Source of the DNA: Rhizaria sp. SCN 62-66
Lineage: Eukaryota
DNA length: 64,000 bases
Direction of reading: 5' to 3'
Assembly (NCBI GenBank): GCA_001724265.1
Contig: MEDY01000042.1
Span: forward strand, 62,001 to 126,000
Shown here: one piece after another, positions 62,081 through 64,000 of the stretch
Position numbering within the stretch: the stretch's first letter is position 1
Layout: the number at the start of each line of letters is the position of its first letter
Translations under genes and position numbers: made by a program
The notes under the pieces: generated by a model
Seen by the model: only the letters and a program-made list of their open reading frames with translations
Told to the model about the DNA's origin: nothing
Databases searched by the model: none

Positions 62081-62725
62081 TTCTCACCAGCACGAGTCAG
62101 TGGGTACAGAGTGGCGGCTCGGGAGGAGTGACGAAGGTTTCTAGAGCTATAAAAAAAAAGAAATAGCAGAAACTATTACGAAAAATCAGAAAGTTGTGTT
62201 GCACTGCCACTGACGGCTTGTTTGTCGAGATCCGCAATGGCTTCAGTCGCGGTCACTCATGAGGCGACGCTGCTCACAGTCTTCCGAAAGCGCTTCACTT
62301 CACTAGTAGATTCTCGCTCTGCTGAAACGTCAGGTGCTTATTTTATGCGCCCATGCCAACAAAGACACCGCTTTGTATAATGTGTTTTGATTATATTATC
62401 TGGAATGCAATCTGCCTTTCTCTGTAGTCGACCGAGCTAGTGCCAAGCTGCAGAGCACGTCTCTTGCCGAGATCCTCTACTCCAATTGCACATCCACGCA
62501 CATCTTTTGCATGTTATCAAATGATGCTGCCACTTCCTTGCTATAACTGCAATTTTACGCTCGGATCCCATGCTTATATTTCTCGACCTTGCGCGTACAC
62601 CGCTCTGTTTCTATCCCGGCCTTGCTCCGATTGCCTCCAGCTTCGTACACAAACCAGCTTCATTCAAGACATCCGCTGCGACCAGGCCCATCTTCCCTCA
62701 ACCACACGACCTGCGCGCCGGTGTT

Positions 62726-64000
62726 ATGTACTCCGCCTACGGCGCCCCGGCGCTGACCCCGTCCGCTGCGCCGCTGTTCACTCCCCACAGCGGCAGTTTA
62801 CTCTCGCCATTCTTTATTGCTGCAGCTCCTGTGCCCGCCACGCCCGCCGCCGCTGCTGCGCCTATGGCGTCCGCCGCGAGTGCGCCCGCGTTCCCTGCGC
62901 CCTGGCACGCGTCCGCGCATGTTCCACTTCCCGCGTTGAGCACGCTTGCCGCGGCTGGGGTTGTGTCGAGCGCGGGCAACAACGCTGCCACGCACTACAA
63001 CTCTCACGCCCACACAAGCGCTGGTGGTGTTAATAACGTGAGTACAGTCGCGAGTGCTGCTGCCAGCGACGTTGCTGGGCTCAACTGGGCTCCGATCCCG
63101 CACCCTGATGCCCCCGTTGTTGCTATCGTGCCACAGTTCGCCGTTATGCGCGACACTACTGCCCGCGTCAATGCTGCCGCGAGCAGCGCAAACGATATTA
63201 CGACTGCCTCGACTGCTGTGGCTGACTCTGCGCTGCTGCCCGCTGCTGACTTTGCGTCGACGGGCGAGCGCGGCTACGGAGTGTTTGGCGGCGTGTCCGC
63301 TGTTAATCCGGTCGAAAACGCGCTTAAATCGCTCACGAAAGCGGTGTTCATCACAACTGCAGTGCTGCCGAGCACTCCTTTCGCCGCCACTTCTTCGACT
63401 GACGGGAACTCGAACAGCACGGCGACAGCAAGCGCAGTGAGCGCAACGCTGCCCATTCTGGCTGAGGCGCGGGTGTCTCACACACTGATACACACGACGG
63501 ACCCTTATAATGCAGCTTCTGAGCAAGGTTCTTACGCGACTGCTAATGGAGCGATTCGTACGACGACGACGGTGTTGCCGTTGGCGGGCGCATGCTCATT
63601 GCTCGCGTTCAAACCCACAGCGCCGGTTCCTACGTCGAACGCGCTCTCGGGAGCCACCACAAACGCTTCTAGCAGCAGCAGTAACAACAACAGCTCTATC
63701 GGCGGTAATCACTGCAGTCGTCCTGAGGGCTCTGCTGCTGCGTCCCCGTCTCTCGCCACACTGACCTCACCGTCGCCGGCGCTGTCACTCGCGCCCGCGG
63801 TGCCAACCGAGAGCGTTTTTGCGCTCGCTGCTGGCGCTGCCGTGTCACTGTGGCAGGCAACCGGCCTTCCGACCACCGCCTCCGCCGCCGCCTCCGCCGC
63901 CGCCGCCGCAGCAGCAGCAGCATCAGCTGCGAGCGCGAGCGCGAGCGCTGTGGCTGTGAAGGACGCATGCGCTGCGACGTGCAGTGTGGAGTGTTTCTCC
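62726..64000 (+). CDS. Ala/Ser/Thr-rich protein, 3'-truncated by the window end
   Basis: The frame from ATG 62726 (MYSAYGAPALTPSAAPLF...) stays open to base 64000, which is why it is missing from the ORF track. An in-frame upstream ATG exists at 62570. Confidence 0.7.
   Translation, partial: MYSAYGAPALTPSAAPLFTPHSGSLLSPFFIAAAPVPATPAAAAAPMASAASAPAFPAPWHASAHVPLPALSTLAAAGVVSSAGNNAATHYNSHAHTSAGGVNNVSTVASAAASDVAGLNWAPIPHPDAPVVAIVPQFAVMRDTTARVNAAASSANDITTASTAVADSALLPAADFASTGERGYGVFGGVSAVNPVENALKSLTKAVFITTAVLPSTPFAATSSTDGNSNSTATASAVSATLPILAEARVSHTLIHTTDPYNAASEQGSYATANGAIRTTTTVLPLAGACSLLAFKPTAPVPTSNALSGATTNASSSSSNNNSSIGGNHCSRPEGSAAASPSLATLTSPSPALSLAPAVPTESVFALAAGAAVSLWQATGLPTTASAAASAAAAAAAAASAASASASAVAVKDACAATCSVECFS

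Noticed and set aside
1-64000. Prokaryotic systems (CRISPR arrays, operons, IS elements) and transposons
   Set aside because: Spliceosomal introns, Pol III, Mic60 and HECT genes show this is eukaryotic nuclear DNA. No spaced repeats, terminal repeats, or transposase/RT motifs were seen.

Overview
Gene-dense nuclear DNA from a eukaryote, probably a protist. Exons are GC-rich and Ala-rich; introns (GT-AG, ~108-205 nt, donor consensus GTACGT) and intergenic spacers are short and AT-rich. I reconstructed 13 protein-coding genes by hand, two of them truncated by the window edges: an Ala/Ser-rich hypothetical; a cold-shock protein with a mitochondrial-type presequence; a ~1760-aa coiled-coil protein; an Mrr-like PD-(D/E)XK nuclease with a TM helix; a degenerate WD40 protein; a hypothetical; Mic60; a METTL21/Methyltransf_16-type methyltransferase; an intronless 9586-aa HECT E3 ligase; a MAPR/cytochrome-b5-like protein; RPC2 (Pol III); a BLOC-1 subunit 4-like protein; and a partial Ala-rich ORF. 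Most notable: two genes each contain one isolated in-frame TAG with coding sequence continuing in the same frame, while all 12 observed gene ends use TGA (7) or TAA (5). This suggests UAG-only reassignment or readthrough, but it rests on two codons and is unproven. Also, 13 of 15 introns are phase 0. All annotations come from motif recognition by eye; no database searches were run.
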